Source of the DNA: Phycisphaeraceae bacterium | GTDB lineage: Bacteria; Planctomycetota; Phycisphaerae; Phycisphaerales; Zrk34 | DNA length: 64,000 bases | Reading direction: 5' to 3' | Assembly: GCA_040905565.1 (NCBI GenBank) | Contig: JBBDRF010000082.1 | Location: 1-64,000 of the forward strand | Part shown: positions 29,239-40,660 of the stretch, one piece after another | Layout of the letters: each line of letters opens with the position of its first letter | Position numbering within the stretch: position 1 is the first letter of the stretch | The notes under the pieces: model-generated | The model's input: the letters and a program-made list of their open reading frames with translations, nothing else | What the model was told of the DNA's origin: nothing | The model's database searches: none | Made by a program: the position numbers and the translations under genes

Positions 29239-30732
29239 TTACAAGCGCATTTTGCGGTGCCACTTGACGCCTTCGCGGGTGATCTGGACTTCGATGTTCG
29301 CTTCCTGCAGTTCATCACGTAGGCGGTCGGAGGTGGCGAAATCGCGGTCGGCGCGGGCGGCGTTCATCTGTTGCACCTTCTGCTCGACGTCGGCGTCGCT
29401 GGGGCCTTCGGTCGGGACGTCGGTCGGCGCGGTGGCGGGCTTGAGCACGCCCAGCACGCTGTCGATGCGTCGCAAGGCGGCGGCATCGTCGGCGGTCGGC
29501 TCGGGCGTCGCGTTGATCCATTTGAACACCGCTCCAAGGGCAGCGGACATGTTCAGATCGTCCGCCAGGGCCTCGGCGAAGGCCTGTTCGACGGCCGTGT
29601 CGCCCATGGTCTTCGTGGCTGTGGGCGAGGGCCCTGCCGCTTCGCCGCGTTTGACGAAGTTGCGAAGCCGTGTGACGGCCTTGGCGGAATCTTCCAGGCC
29701 CTTCAGCGTGAAGTTCATGTTCGAGCGGTAGTGCGTCCGCAGCAGTTCGTATCGCAGGACGGTGGGGTCGGCGCCCTTGGCGAGCAGGTCGCGGATGGTG
29801 TAGAAGTTGCCCTTGCTTTTGGACATCTTCTCGCCTTCGACCATCAGATGCCTGACGTGCAGCCAGTAGTTGGCGAAGGGCTTGCCGGTCGCGCCGGTGG
29901 ACTGGGCGATCTCGCATTCGTGGTGGGGGAAGATGTTGTCCTCGCCGCCGGTGTGAATGTCCAGCGTCGGCGTTTTCAGTGTGCCCATCGCCATCGCACT
30001 GCACTCGATGTGCCAGCCGGGGTAGCCTTCGCCCCACGGGCTCGGCCACTTCATCAGGTGACGCTCATCACGCTTCCATAGCAGGAAATCCGAGGGATGA
30101 CGCTTGCCCGCCATCTCGCCATCGCTGACGCGGCCGCCCGCGCCGGCCTGAAGCTGTTCGACGGTGTTGCCGCTGAGTTGGCCGTAGCCGGTGAAGCTGG
30201 TGACGTCGTAGTAGACGGCTCCGTCGTCGGCGGCGTAGGCGTGGCCGCTTACGATGAGTTGCTTGATCAGGTCGATCATCGCCTGCACGTGGTCGGTGGC
30301 GCGCGGCATGTGCTGGGGGTATTCGGCAGCGACCTTCATCCCCAGCAGCTTCGCGTCTTCAAGGAACGCTTCGGTGAAGAACTCAGCAACGGCGAAGGGA
30401 TCGTCCGGGTTGTTGATGTCCGCTTTGCCCTGCTTTTTTGCTTGACGCAATCGCTCGGAGGCCAATTCCATCTTGTCCTGCCCGGCCCCGTCGGCGAGCT
30501 GGTCTTCGGTCATGTGACCGACGTCCGTGATGTTCATCACCTGCTCGACTTTTATGCCGAGAAACTCGAAGTAACGGCGGATAATGTCCGCGAAGACGAA
30601 GGCCCGAAAGTTGCCGATGTGCGCAAAATCGTAGACCGTCGGGCCGCAGTGATACATGCGCACCAGCCCCGGTTCGACAGGCGTGAAGGACTGAAGCTGG
30701 TGACCGAGCGTGTTGTAAAATCGAATGTTCAT
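29239..30732 (-). CDS. cysS: Cysteine--tRNA ligase
   Basis: CGPTVY, HIGN, GWHIECSAM, FPHHE, KMSKS. Confidence 0.97.
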   Translation of the reverse strand: MNIRFYNTLGHQLQSFTPVEPGLVRMYHCGPTVYDFAHIGNFRAFVFADIIRRYFEFLGIKVEQVMNITDVGHMTEDQLADGAGQDKMELASERLRQAKKQGKADINNPDDPFAVAEFFTEAFLEDAKLLGMKVAAEYPQHMPRATDHVQAMIDLIKQLIVSGHAYAADDGAVYYDVTSFTGYGQLSGNTVEQLQAGAGGRVSDGEMAGKRHPSDFLLWKRDERHLMKWPSPWGEGYPGWHIECSAMAMGTLKTPTLDIHTGGEDNIFPHHECEIAQSTGATGKPFANYWLHVRHLMVEGEKMSKSKGNFYTIRDLLAKGADPTVLRYELLRTHYRSNMNFTLKGLEDSAKAVTRLRNFVKRGEAAGPSPTATKTMGDTAVEQAFAEALADDLNMSAALGAVFKWINATPEPTADDAAALRRIDSVLGVLKPATAPTDVPTEGPSDADVEQKVQQMNAARADRDFATSDRLRDELQEANIEVQITREGVKWHRKMRL

Positions 30733-30768
30733 AAGAACGGCGGATTCTACCGCCGAGGCTGGGACCTG

Positions 30769-32013
30769 TCACCGCGACGGCTGCGTCATCGCCCGGACGT
30801 ACTCACGCCACTGGCGTTCGAGCGGCTCAAGATCGCCGAAGGATTGTTCGAAGGCTTGGCGGTTTGCTTCTGCGTTGCCGGTGCGGAGTTCGCCGCTGGC
30901 GATGGCTTGGAGATGATCGCGGAGGGCCTCGAGGTGATGGGTCCAGAGGAAGTGGAACATGCCCCACATTTGTGCATAAACTGCGCCGCGCTCGGCTGGG
31001 CGGATGTCGCGCGTGGCGCGTAGTGCGATGAGGTCGGCGAGGGGGCGGACGCGTTGATTGTTGAAGGCTTCCGTGAGTGCGTGGCGGCGGCTGGGGTTGT
31101 CGTGGCCGGGGCCGAACGGGCGAGCGGGGTTGGTGGTTTCGAAGGCGGTGGCCAGGCCTTCAGAAACCCAGAGCGGGTAGGCACGGCGGCGATCCTGAAT
31201 GCCGGAATTGAACGCGAGCAGGTGGGCCGCTTCGTGAAGCGTCTGCGACATGTTGCCTCGGCCGATGGCAGCGTTGTACTGATTTTCAAGCTGCGTCAGG
31301 GCTTGGAGGGCGCGGATGCGGCGGTTGCGAAGGTTCTGTGCACGGGAGACATCGCCCCGCTGCTCGGCCTCGGCGAGAGCTGCCCGGAGCTGCTGGATCT
31401 GGCGTCGCATCTGTTCGAGGCGCTGGCCGTGCTGGCGGAGTTGGGGGTTGGCGCGGTTGCTGAAGAAGACGACGCGGTTGGCGGCAGAGGTGTAGAAGCC
31501 GCCTGTGTTCTCCATCGCGCCGACGCCGATTTGGCGGGCGTAGGCGAGGTAATCGTCGTGGCTGGCGAAGAGGATGCAGACGAGGCGTTCGTGCAGCGGC
31601 AGCGGTTGGAAGCCGGCCTTGATCAGCTGTTCGTAAAACGCGTCGTGGACCTGTTCGAGCAGGCGGACGCGTGTGTCGGCCCAGGCGTGGGGCATGTCGT
31701 AGACGATGAGGAAATGATCGCTGGTGCGGAGGTGGGTGCCGTCGGGGAATTCCTCGGCGAGGCTGGTGAGCAGGCCGGGCGTGTCGCGCATGCCGTGCTC
31801 TTGGGAGAGGGCCCACAGTTCGCGGTAGGCTTGGCGATGGGCGGGCCGCTTGCGTAGAAAATTGCGATAGAGGCTGATCGCCTGGTGGGGGTTTTCCAGT
31901 GCCGTTTGCCGGGCGTGCTCAAGTCGTGTCTGTTCGCTGGGCGACTGGCCGGGCGCGGAGGCGGTGAGCGTCGTCAGGAACGTGAGTAACAGGATGGTCA
32001 ACCGGTGGCGCAT
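30769..32013 (-). CDS. DUF1570-like secreted zincin protein (paralog of 11564-12814)
   Basis: SDHFLIVYD, HEAAHLL, WVSEGLATAFE, YAQMW. Confidence 0.85.
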   Translation of the reverse strand: MRHRLTILLLTFLTTLTASAPGQSPSEQTRLEHARQTALENPHQAISLYRNFLRKRPAHRQAYRELWALSQEHGMRDTPGLLTSLAEEFPDGTHLRTSDHFLIVYDMPHAWADTRVRLLEQVHDAFYEQLIKAGFQPLPLHERLVCILFASHDDYLAYARQIGVGAMENTGGFYTSAANRVVFFSNRANPQLRQHGQRLEQMRRQIQQLRAALAEAEQRGDVSRAQNLRNRRIRALQALTQLENQYNAAIGRGNMSQTLHEAAHLLAFNSGIQDRRRAYPLWVSEGLATAFETTNPARPFGPGHDNPSRRHALTEAFNNQRVRPLADLIALRATRDIRPAERGAVYAQMWGMFHFLWTHHLEALRDHLQAIASGELRTGNAEANRQAFEQSFGDLEPLERQWREYVRAMTQPSR

Positions 32014-32036
32014 TGCCCGCAGCTTAGGCCATTGTC

Positions 32037-32894
32037 TTACGGGCGTCGCAGGAGATGTGACATTTTGTGCCGGAATCGCCCGACCACCGAGCGTTCCTGG
32101 CGTCGGCGTCGGCGGCTGTTTTGCAGTTGCTCGTGGATGGGGATGGTCTGCCGTCGGCGTGCGTCGGCGGCGATCCAGCGGGCGTAATCTTCGAGTGATT
32201 TGAACGGCTGGCGTCGCATGGTAAAGGCCTGCTGATCGCCGTCGGCGTGCTCGGTGGCCATGAGGCAGTGCGGCGAGCGGGGGTCGTCCATGTTGTGCGC
32301 CATCAGCAGCGGCGACGTGGGCTGACCGCTGATGTAGCCGTCGAGCGACATGGCCGAACCGTCGACGGGGAAGCCCGGCTTTTCCATGCTGACGTAGTAG
32401 CGGAGCAGGTCCCGGCGGGCGAGGAAGGACTGCCCTGCGACGGCGGTGACGCGGAAGATCTTGTCGCCGTCGGCGTCGACGATGTTGTGAGCGGCGAGCT
32501 GTTCGTCCCAGTCCTGGGGCATGAAGATCCAGCAGCCGATCATGCCGAGCGTCGGGTTGCGGCGGACCATGGGGGCGATGCGGTCGATCCAGCCGTGCGG
32601 CAGGAGGATGTCGTCGTCGATCTTGCCGACGATGTCGCCCGGTGCGGATTCCAGGAACCAGAGGCTCGGCTCGGTCTGGTTGGCGTTTTCGGGATGGAAG
32701 TGTTTGCGGGCGACGCGGTCATCATCAAGGTCAGCGATGATGTCGGCGGTGCCGTCGGTCGAGGCGTTATCCCAGCAGTGCAGGCGAAAATCGGCGGGGT
32801 CGGACAGCAGTTGCGGCAGCATCTTCTCGAGGTACTGCCGGCGGTTGTGCGTGAGCAGGAGCAGATCAACCCGTTTGTCCGCTGGCAGAATCAT
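32037..32894 (-). CDS. Glycosyltransferase family 2
   Basis: LLTHNR, WDNASTDGT, KIDDD. Confidence 0.85.
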   Translation of the reverse strand: MILPADKRVDLLLLTHNRRQYLEKMLPQLLSDPADFRLHCWDNASTDGTADIIADLDDDRVARKHFHPENANQTEPSLWFLESAPGDIVGKIDDDILLPHGWIDRIAPMVRRNPTLGMIGCWIFMPQDWDEQLAAHNIVDADGDKIFRVTAVAGQSFLARRDLLRYYVSMEKPGFPVDGSAMSLDGYISGQPTSPLLMAHNMDDPRSPHCLMATEHADGDQQAFTMRRQPFKSLEDYARWIAADARRRQTIPIHEQLQNSRRRRRQERSVVGRFRHKMSHLLRRP

Positions 32895-33079
32895 GAGGCA
32901 CCCCCAGCCGTTTTCGCTTGATGTTGGCCCAGTCCGTCGCTGCACCGTGATTGGAAGAGCAAGGTGCGTTTCGCTGGGAAATCCTAGCGACGGGGTTTGC
33001 GGGGCAGGCAGGGAAAATGACCCCGGCCGAGGGCGGGGCGATATGGGGACGGCCTACGGAAGGGAGATGCGCGGAGGCA

Positions 33080-33125
33080 CGCAAAGTCCTGGCGCACAAC
33101 CGCTCCCTTACGGTCGCGGCTCGTA
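33080..33125. repeat. REP-like family A copy, 46 nt extended form
   Basis: 44/46 identical to 4687-4732. Confidence 0.85.
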
Positions 33126-33138
33126 TTCAGCGTTTCGG

Positions 33139-33732
33139 TTAAGCGGAGGGGGCGAGGCGGGGTTCTTCGAGGGGGACGGGGCAGATATCGTGGCGGCCGC
33201 AATCTTTGCAGCGCTGACCTTCCCAGATGGCGTTGAAGTAGCCGAGGCTTTCGTCGACCATTTCGGCGGCACGGGTGAAGATGCCGATCTCCATGTTGCG
33301 TCGCGTTTCGCCCTTGGCGCCGAGGCCGGCTCCGGTGAGGTTGGCCGAGCCGAGGTACATGCGTTCGGCGTCCATGATGACCATCTTGGCGTGCAGACGG
33401 GGGCAACGGCGAATGCGGACGCCCTGCGGCAAGGCGTGGCGCAGCTCCCTCAGCACGGGGCCTGATGGGACGCCGGCGTGCAGGACGCGAATTTCGACGC
33501 CTTTGTCGGCGAGTTTGCGGAGGATCCCGACGATGGATTCGCTGCGCTTGGCGGAGACGGGGACGCGCATGGCTTTGAAGTCGGCGGTGGCGATGTCGAG
33601 GCTGAACTTTGCGCGGAGGATGCCCTGCTGAACGACGCGGATGAAGTGCTGACGGTCAAAGATCAGTTCCGCTTCGCCACGGATGCGCGGCGGGGTGTGC
33701 GGCTGCGTGTTGAGTTTGAGGGGCGGCTTCAC
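33139..33732 (-). CDS. Single-HKD phospholipase D / nuclease family protein with C-terminal Cys cluster
   Basis: RLHAKMVIMD, LGSANLT, CKDCGRHDICP; start codon uncertain. Confidence 0.85.
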   Translation of the reverse strand: MKPPLKLNTQPHTPPRIRGEAELIFDRQHFIRVVQQGILRAKFSLDIATADFKAMRVPVSAKRSESIVGILRKLADKGVEIRVLHAGVPSGPVLRELRHALPQGVRIRRCPRLHAKMVIMDAERMYLGSANLTGAGLGAKGETRRNMEIGIFTRAAEMVDESLGYFNAIWEGQRCKDCGRHDICPVPLEEPRLAPSA

Positions 33733-33763
33733 GTTCCTGATTATCGGCTGAAGCGGACGCGTT

Positions 33764-34255
33764 TCATTGGTTATTGGTTTCGGTGCGCGATTCGTAGACC
33801 TGGTAGTGGGTGTCGGTGAAGCCGAGGTCGGCGTAGACGCGCTGGGCGGCGGTGTTGTCGCGTTCGACGTAAAGGCGGATGGCGGCGACGTTGCCCGCAG
33901 CCTGGGCCTGCTTCTGCACGTGGTGGTAAAGCTGGCGGAAGACGCCACGACGACGGTGGTCGGGGTGGACGTAGACGCTTTGGATCCACCAGATGTGCGC
34001 GTTACGCCAGTCGGACCATTCGTAGGTGATCATGAGTTGCCCGACGACACGGCCGGCGTGTTCGGCGACGAAGTAGTGAGCGAGCGACGTATCGGCGAAG
34101 ACGGCGTCGACGCCTTTGCGGACGGTCGCAGGCTCGAGGGCGAGGCCTTCGGTTTCCAAGGCCATGGCGAGGTTGAAGGCGGCAAGCGTGGGCGCGTCTT
34201 CGGCGCAGGCGGAGCGGCAGGTGTAGGTGACGGCGTTGGTGTGGGATTCTGTCAT
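33764..34255 (-). CDS. GNAT N-acetyltransferase
   Basis: TYEWSDWRN, QSVYVHPDHRRRGVF, RLYVERDN.AAQRVY..LGF. Confidence 0.92.
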   Translation of the reverse strand: MTESHTNAVTYTCRSACAEDAPTLAAFNLAMALETEGLALEPATVRKGVDAVFADTSLAHYFVAEHAGRVVGQLMITYEWSDWRNAHIWWIQSVYVHPDHRRRGVFRQLYHHVQKQAQAAGNVAAIRLYVERDNTAAQRVYADLGFTDTHYQVYESRTETNNQ

Positions 34256-34313
34256 GGCTTGAGCGTACGCGGATGGGAGGCGGGTGCACAGGGACAGCGA
34301 TGCGTGGAGGAAA

Positions 34314-35342
34314 TTAACGGGAGTTATCCCTCTTCCAGTCCTCAAATCGACTAAGCGCACGCCGGCCGGAGTTGACATACCAGGCGTAGCCGGTGCGACG
34401 TTCGCGCTCGATCTCGTGAAGGTGCTCGCGGATGATCCCGTCACGCCCGCTGAAGATAGGACGGTTGGTTTCGATATCGTAAAACCGCGCCCAGAGGGGC
34501 GGTGCCTCGGGATCTTCGACGACTACGCGGTCGTTATCGCGCCGTTCCACGCGCATACCGTAGATCGCCGAGGTCTGGTACCACTCGATGCCGGCGTGCA
34601 CAGCCCGCTGCACCCGCTCGTCGGGATCGGGCAGGTCCATGAGGAACAGGAGCACGCCTGCGCTCTCGCCTCCCGAGATGGATGCGTGCTCGTACGACCT
34701 GCCACCGCGCGGCTCCAGCGTTTCCGGATCGTGCTGCTGGCACCATGCCGTTAGCTTCCCGTTGACCTCGATTTGAGTATCGAGAATGCACGCGATGCCC
34801 CGGTCGTAGGCCTGACGCAGCCGCGTGCGGGCATCGTCATCGAGGAATGCGTAGTCGTCGCTTTCCAGCATTTCGCGCAGGAGGCGGAGAATGTTGACCA
34901 TCGCGTGGTCATTGAAGGTGATGTGTCGGTGATAGGAACTCGGCGGCGGATAGCGCTGCGGCCAGCCGCCGGTGGGGTACTGGGCATCAAGGATGTAGGC
35001 GAGCGCTCGCTTGAAAGCGGCGCGGTACGCATCGTCTGCGGTGTGGCTATACATCGTGGCGAGAAACCGCATTTCGCCGAACGTGGCATCGTTGTCGAAC
35101 GTGGGCGTGATGTCCTCGGGGTCGCCTGCGTATCGCGACTCGCCGGTATTGATGTTCTTCGGCCAGCCACCGAGCGGGGACTGGTGCGAAAGCACGTTGC
35201 GTGCGAGCTCGCGTGCTTCAGCAGAGCGGAAGAAGGCGGCGTCCCGGTCCGCGTATTGACGATAAGGGAACTCGGCGGACGCATGTACCGTGACGCAGCC
35301 GATGACGATCATCACCAGAGCGAGCCGGCCCTGTCGGATCAT
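34314..35342 (-). CDS. Pectate lyase, PL10 (PelA-type)
   Basis: GGWPKN, TFDNDAT, GGWPQRYP, ITFNDHAM, WCQQH, WARFY. Confidence 0.9.
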   Translation of the reverse strand: MIRQGRLALVMIVIGCVTVHASAEFPYRQYADRDAAFFRSAEARELARNVLSHQSPLGGWPKNINTGESRYAGDPEDITPTFDNDATFGEMRFLATMYSHTADDAYRAAFKRALAYILDAQYPTGGWPQRYPPPSSYHRHITFNDHAMVNILRLLREMLESDDYAFLDDDARTRLRQAYDRGIACILDTQIEVNGKLTAWCQQHDPETLEPRGGRSYEHASISGGESAGVLLFLMDLPDPDERVQRAVHAGIEWYQTSAIYGMRVERRDNDRVVVEDPEAPPLWARFYDIETNRPIFSGRDGIIREHLHEIERERRTGYAWYVNSGRRALSRFEDWKRDNSR

Positions 35343-35393
35343 GTCATGCCCTCCGAAGATTCCGACCGTGACGGTCCGTTCTGTGGATGCGGT

Positions 35394-36449
35394 TTAGCGG
35401 TTGTTGCCGCCGGAGGGGTCGCCGCCGTTCTGGTTGCCTTCTTCGCCGGCGATGTTGTTACGCATCGCGGTGTCGGACTGGACGTTGCGATATCGCATGT
35501 AGTCCATGATGCCGAGGTTGCCGCTGCGGAACGCTTCGGCCATGGCCTTGGGCACTTCGGCTTCGGCGAGCACGACGAGGGCGCGGTTCTTCTGCTCCTC
35601 GGCTTTGAACTCCTGCTCCTGGGCGACGGCCATCGCGCGGCGTTTCTCGGCCTCGGCCTGGAAGCGGCGCTTGTCGGCCTCGGCCTGGTCGCCCTGAATC
35701 TGCGCGCCGATGTTCTCGCCCACATCGATGTCGGCAATATCAACGGAGAGAATCTCAAACGCGGTGCCGGCGTCGAGGCCCTTTTCGAGAACGACCTTGG
35801 AGATGCGATCCGGGTTCTCCAGCACGGCTTTGTGGCTGGTCGACGAACCGATGGTGGTGACGATGCCTTCGCCGACGCGGGCGATGATGGTTTCTTCGGT
35901 GGCACCGCCGACGAGGCGCTGGATGTTGGCGCGAACGGTGACGCGGGCGCGGGCTTTGAGCTGGATGCCATCTTGCGCGACGGCGTCGATGGTCGTCTTG
36001 CCTGAGGAGGGGCTGGGGCAATCGATGACCTTCGGGTTCACCGAGGTCTGCACGGCGTCGAGGATGTCACGGCCGGCGAGGTCGATGGCGCAGGCGGTGT
36101 TCCAGTCCAGATCGATCTTGGCGCGGTCGGCGGCGATGAGGGCACGGACGACACGGGGCACATCGCCTCGGGCGAGGTAGTGGGCTTCCATGTTGCCGAG
36201 GTCGATGGAGAGGCCGGCTTTGAACGCTTCGATGCGTGACTGGACGATGAGGGCGGGCGAGACCTGCCGCAGCCTCATGCCGATGAGTTCGAAGATGCCG
36301 ACGGGCGCCCCGGCGAACCACGCCTGAATCCAGAGCTTGAGGTAGCCACCGAGGAGGATGAGGCCGACGAGGAAGACGAGCAGCAGGATGCCGGCAATAA
36401 CGTAGAGCACCAGTTCGCCGACGGTAACTGCGAGTGACGGGCTGAACAT
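35394..36449 (-). CDS. floA: Flotillin-like protein FloA (YqfA family)
   Basis: [39 protein letters not shown]. Confidence 0.93.
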   Translation of the reverse strand: MFSPSLAVTVGELVLYVIAGILLLVFLVGLILLGGYLKLWIQAWFAGAPVGIFELIGMRLRQVSPALIVQSRIEAFKAGLSIDLGNMEAHYLARGDVPRVVRALIAADRAKIDLDWNTACAIDLAGRDILDAVQTSVNPKVIDCPSPSSGKTTIDAVAQDGIQLKARARVTVRANIQRLVGGATEETIIARVGEGIVTTIGSSTSHKAVLENPDRISKVVLEKGLDAGTAFEILSVDIADIDVGENIGAQIQGDQAEADKRRFQAEAEKRRAMAVAQEQEFKAEEQKNRALVVLAEAEVPKAMAEAFRSGNLGIMDYMRYRNVQSDTAMRNNIAGEEGNQNGGDPSGGNNR

Positions 36450-36563
36450 GAACAAACCCCTGAAGATGATTCTTTTAAATGACACCCCGTCGCGAGGTGC
36501 AGCGTCTTCACGACGCCAGCTTCATTATGCTACGGTCGAACGGTTGAGACAAGGGGCCGCCCG

Positions 36564-37451
36564 TTAGCGGGAGGTAAGGATGTTCTGGCTCTGGAGCCAG
36601 TTCTCCAGCAGCGTGGGCCATGTGTTGAGCGCGGGGTGGTCCGCGGCGAGGCCGACGCCGTGCCGGCCGGGCTGGTAGATGTGCAGTTCCGCAGGGATGC
36701 TGGCCTTCCGCAGGGCGAGGTAGAACAGAACGCTGTTCTCGGGCGGCACGCCGGTGTCGGCATCGGTGTGAAAGAGGAAGGTCGGCGGCGTGCGCTCAGT
36801 CACCTGTTTTTCCAGTGAATAGTGTTCAGCCTTGGCGGCATCGCCACTGCCGATCAGGTTACTGCGTGAGCCGGCGTGGGTGACGGCGGCGTCGGTCATG
36901 GTGATGACGGGGTAACAGAGGACGGCGAAGTCGGGGCGGGCGGAGTGGCGATCGATCGGGTCGTCGGCATCAGGGTCGGCCTCGCCGATCAGCGTGGCGG
37001 TGCTGGCGGCGAGGTGGCCCCCGGCCGAGAAGCCGAGGATGCCGAGGCGATCGGGATCGATGTTGTACCGCTCGGCGTGATGGCGGACGTGGCGGAGGGC
37101 CCGCTGAGCGTCGTGCAGTTGGATCGGCTCGCGGTAGCGCGGCGCGAGGCGGTAGCGGAGGACGAAAACGGCGACACCCATCTGGCTGAGCCGCTTGCCG
37201 ATGTCGTCGCCTTCGTGGCCCATGGCGAGATGCGCGTAACCACCACCTGGGCAGACGACGACCGCGGGGGTGGCGGCGTCGGCATTATCGGGAAGGTAGA
37301 TATCGAGCGTGGGGATGTCCGCCGGCTCGTCGCCGACGGCGCCGGGAGCGCCTTCAGGCCAGAGCGGGATGCGTTCGACGGCATCGTTCGCGAGAGCCGG
37401 GGACGAGAGCAGAAGCACGACTAGCAGAAGGCGAAGCGACGCTGATTTCAT
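36564..37451 (-). CDS. Secreted alpha/beta hydrolase (xylan esterase-like)
   Basis: CPGGGY, GFSAGGHL, RPDFAVL.YP, GRHGVG. Confidence 0.9.
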   Translation of the reverse strand: MKSASLRLLLVVLLLSSPALANDAVERIPLWPEGAPGAVGDEPADIPTLDIYLPDNADAATPAVVVCPGGGYAHLAMGHEGDDIGKRLSQMGVAVFVLRYRLAPRYREPIQLHDAQRALRHVRHHAERYNIDPDRLGILGFSAGGHLAASTATLIGEADPDADDPIDRHSARPDFAVLCYPVITMTDAAVTHAGSRSNLIGSGDAAKAEHYSLEKQVTERTPPTFLFHTDADTGVPPENSVLFYLALRKASIPAELHIYQPGRHGVGLAADHPALNTWPTLLENWLQSQNILTSR

Positions 37452-37475
37452 CGTTGGTGATCCTTATGTGCTGCT

Positions 37476-38990
<1,515 letters not shown>

Positions 38991-39025
38991 AGGGAGAGTA
39001 TACCGCAGCGACGCGCGCCTGCCAC

Positions 39026-39050
39026 ACATAGCCCCGGCCTTGGCTGGGGT
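39026..39050. repeat. Short palindromic repeat, family C
   Basis: acatagccccggccttggctggggt; similar acatagccccggcctcggccggagt at 41675-41699. Confidence 0.5.
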
Positions 39051-39090
39051 CTTCTACCGTGGGCGCGTGGGACCCCGTGGCGGGGCGCCA

Positions 39091-39138
39091 CAAAAATAGC
39101 GTGGTGGAAGCCAATTGAAGATCGGCTTCCACCACGCC
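39091..39138 (-). terminator. Intrinsic terminator after the pilin-like gene
   Basis: gcgtggtggaagcc/ggcttccaccacgc 14-bp stem followed by tattttt on the minus strand. Confidence 0.8.
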
Positions 39139-39164
39139 TTTGTTTCAGCAACGATTCAACAAGT

Positions 39165-39929
39165 TCAGTCGACGAGGCCAGCGACGTCGATGCGGAACAG
39201 TTTGTCGAGGAATCCTGCGTGGACACCGCCGACACTGATCTCGCTGGGGTTGCGCCAACTGACACTGCCGTCTTCGAAGAGGAAGTTCAGGCCGAGAATG
39301 CCCTCATCGGAAGAGGTGAGGTGGGACGAACGCGCTTCGTGGAGTTCGTTGTTTTCTTCGGTGTAGAGATCGAACATGATCGGCGCTGCGGAATGGCGGC
39401 CGTCGAACCGCGTTTTGTTGTTCCACCCATCGTTGGGTGTGTAGTCGAAGCCGGCACCAGTGGGGCGGTTGGGCAGATAGCCGTAGCCAAGGTTGGCGTC
39501 GGGATCGGCGCGGCGCTGGTCGCCGACGGTGGGGCAGAACTGGAGTGAGTTGGCACGCTCGGCGATGTTCGCTGCGTCGAAGGCTTCGAGGTAGCCGTCG
39601 AAAAACTCGTGAATCTGGGCCCACTCGTCCACGCGCCGGTTGATGTGCATGATCGCCTGATTCCGGCCGGCGGTATTGCCATCAGACCAGGTACTGGCGG
39701 CGAGCAAGTTGTTGTTGTTATCTGACCCCCACATATGCAGCGAGGTGCCCCACTGCCGAAGGTTAGCAGCACACTGCACCTTCAAAGCTTCCTGTCGGGC
39801 ACGGCCGAGCGCGGGCAGCAGGATCGCCATCAGCAAGGCGATGATGCCGACCACGACGAGCAATTCGATAAGTGTGAAGCCGCGTACACGACGGCGGGGT
39901 GAGGGGGAAGCATACGGCGAGGTAAGCAT
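39165..39929 (-). CDS. Prepilin-type N-terminal cleavage/methylation protein (DUF1559-like)
   Basis: [41 protein letters not shown]...[20 protein letters not shown]. Confidence 0.9.
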   Translation of the reverse strand: MLTSPYASPSPRRRVRGFTLIELLVVVGIIALLMAILLPALGRARQEALKVQCAANLRQWGTSLHMWGSDNNNNLLAASTWSDGNTAGRNQAIMHINRRVDEWAQIHEFFDGYLEAFDAANIAERANSLQFCPTVGDQRRADPDANLGYGYLPNRPTGAGFDYTPNDGWNNKTRFDGRHSAAPIMFDLYTEENNELHEARSSHLTSSDEGILGLNFLFEDGSVSWRNPSEISVGGVHAGFLDKLFRIDVAGLVD

Positions 39930-40181
39930 CTTTGGCTCCTTCAAGGTTTTTCCTCCTAATAGTGCGAAAAGCAAAAGGGCCGGTTAACGGCAGTGCCCGA
40001 CGTGGGGCGCGGTCCGAAACGGGTGGTGGCGTCAATCAAACGTGTCCGCGTCTCAATATATTGCGGTGGGCTTCGATGGCCGATCGTACCTCGCGCGAGT
40101 GGCCGAGGTGATCTCGGATGCCGTCTCTCCTTCTGCGGTCGTGCGAAGGCTGTGGCCAGCACGCCGATGAGAAATCTACTG

Positions 40182-40197
40182 TACAAGACGCGTGCCA
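40182..40197 (-). promoter_or_regulatory. Candidate sigma-54 promoter
   Basis: Minus strand TGGCACG-CGTC-TTGTA versus consensus TGGCACG-N4-TTGCW. Confidence 0.45.
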
Positions 40198-40660
40198 GAT
40201 ACAAAACACGCTTTGCGGCACGTGAGAGCCTTTTTCCCAGATCGCCGCGTGACCAAAAGCGCCACACGACGGGTGGGCTGTGCTTAATGTGCGAGCAGGC
40301 GGCAATCTGTCGGCCTTTAATGGTCTGGTTGAGGGTCGTCGCGTGATCGTGGTGGCTCTTGAAGGGGGGCGTTGTCGATCCGGGTGGACTGGCGTGGCGG
40401 GGGTAAAAACAAAGCGCTACAAACTGCACACCAGAGCATGAACACGAGGCATCGTATCGCCTTGCACCTGTTTGATCCAGCGACACATTTTACAACATGC
40501 CAAATACAATGCAATCACTATAACGGCGACGGGACGCGATGAACCGTCGCTGGTACCTTTCAGGAGGGCGGTTAATCGCCGTGCGCACACCGCCCCTCCG
40601 GGATGCTGTGAAACGCGACAGTGGTTGGTGACGGCTGGGGCGGTGGGTATGCTGTGCGGC

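Noticed and set aside
40472..40660. Longer starts for the ELM1, comM, mutS, EEP and GNAT ORFs
   Set aside because: Family homology and -10 or RBS placement indicate downstream starts
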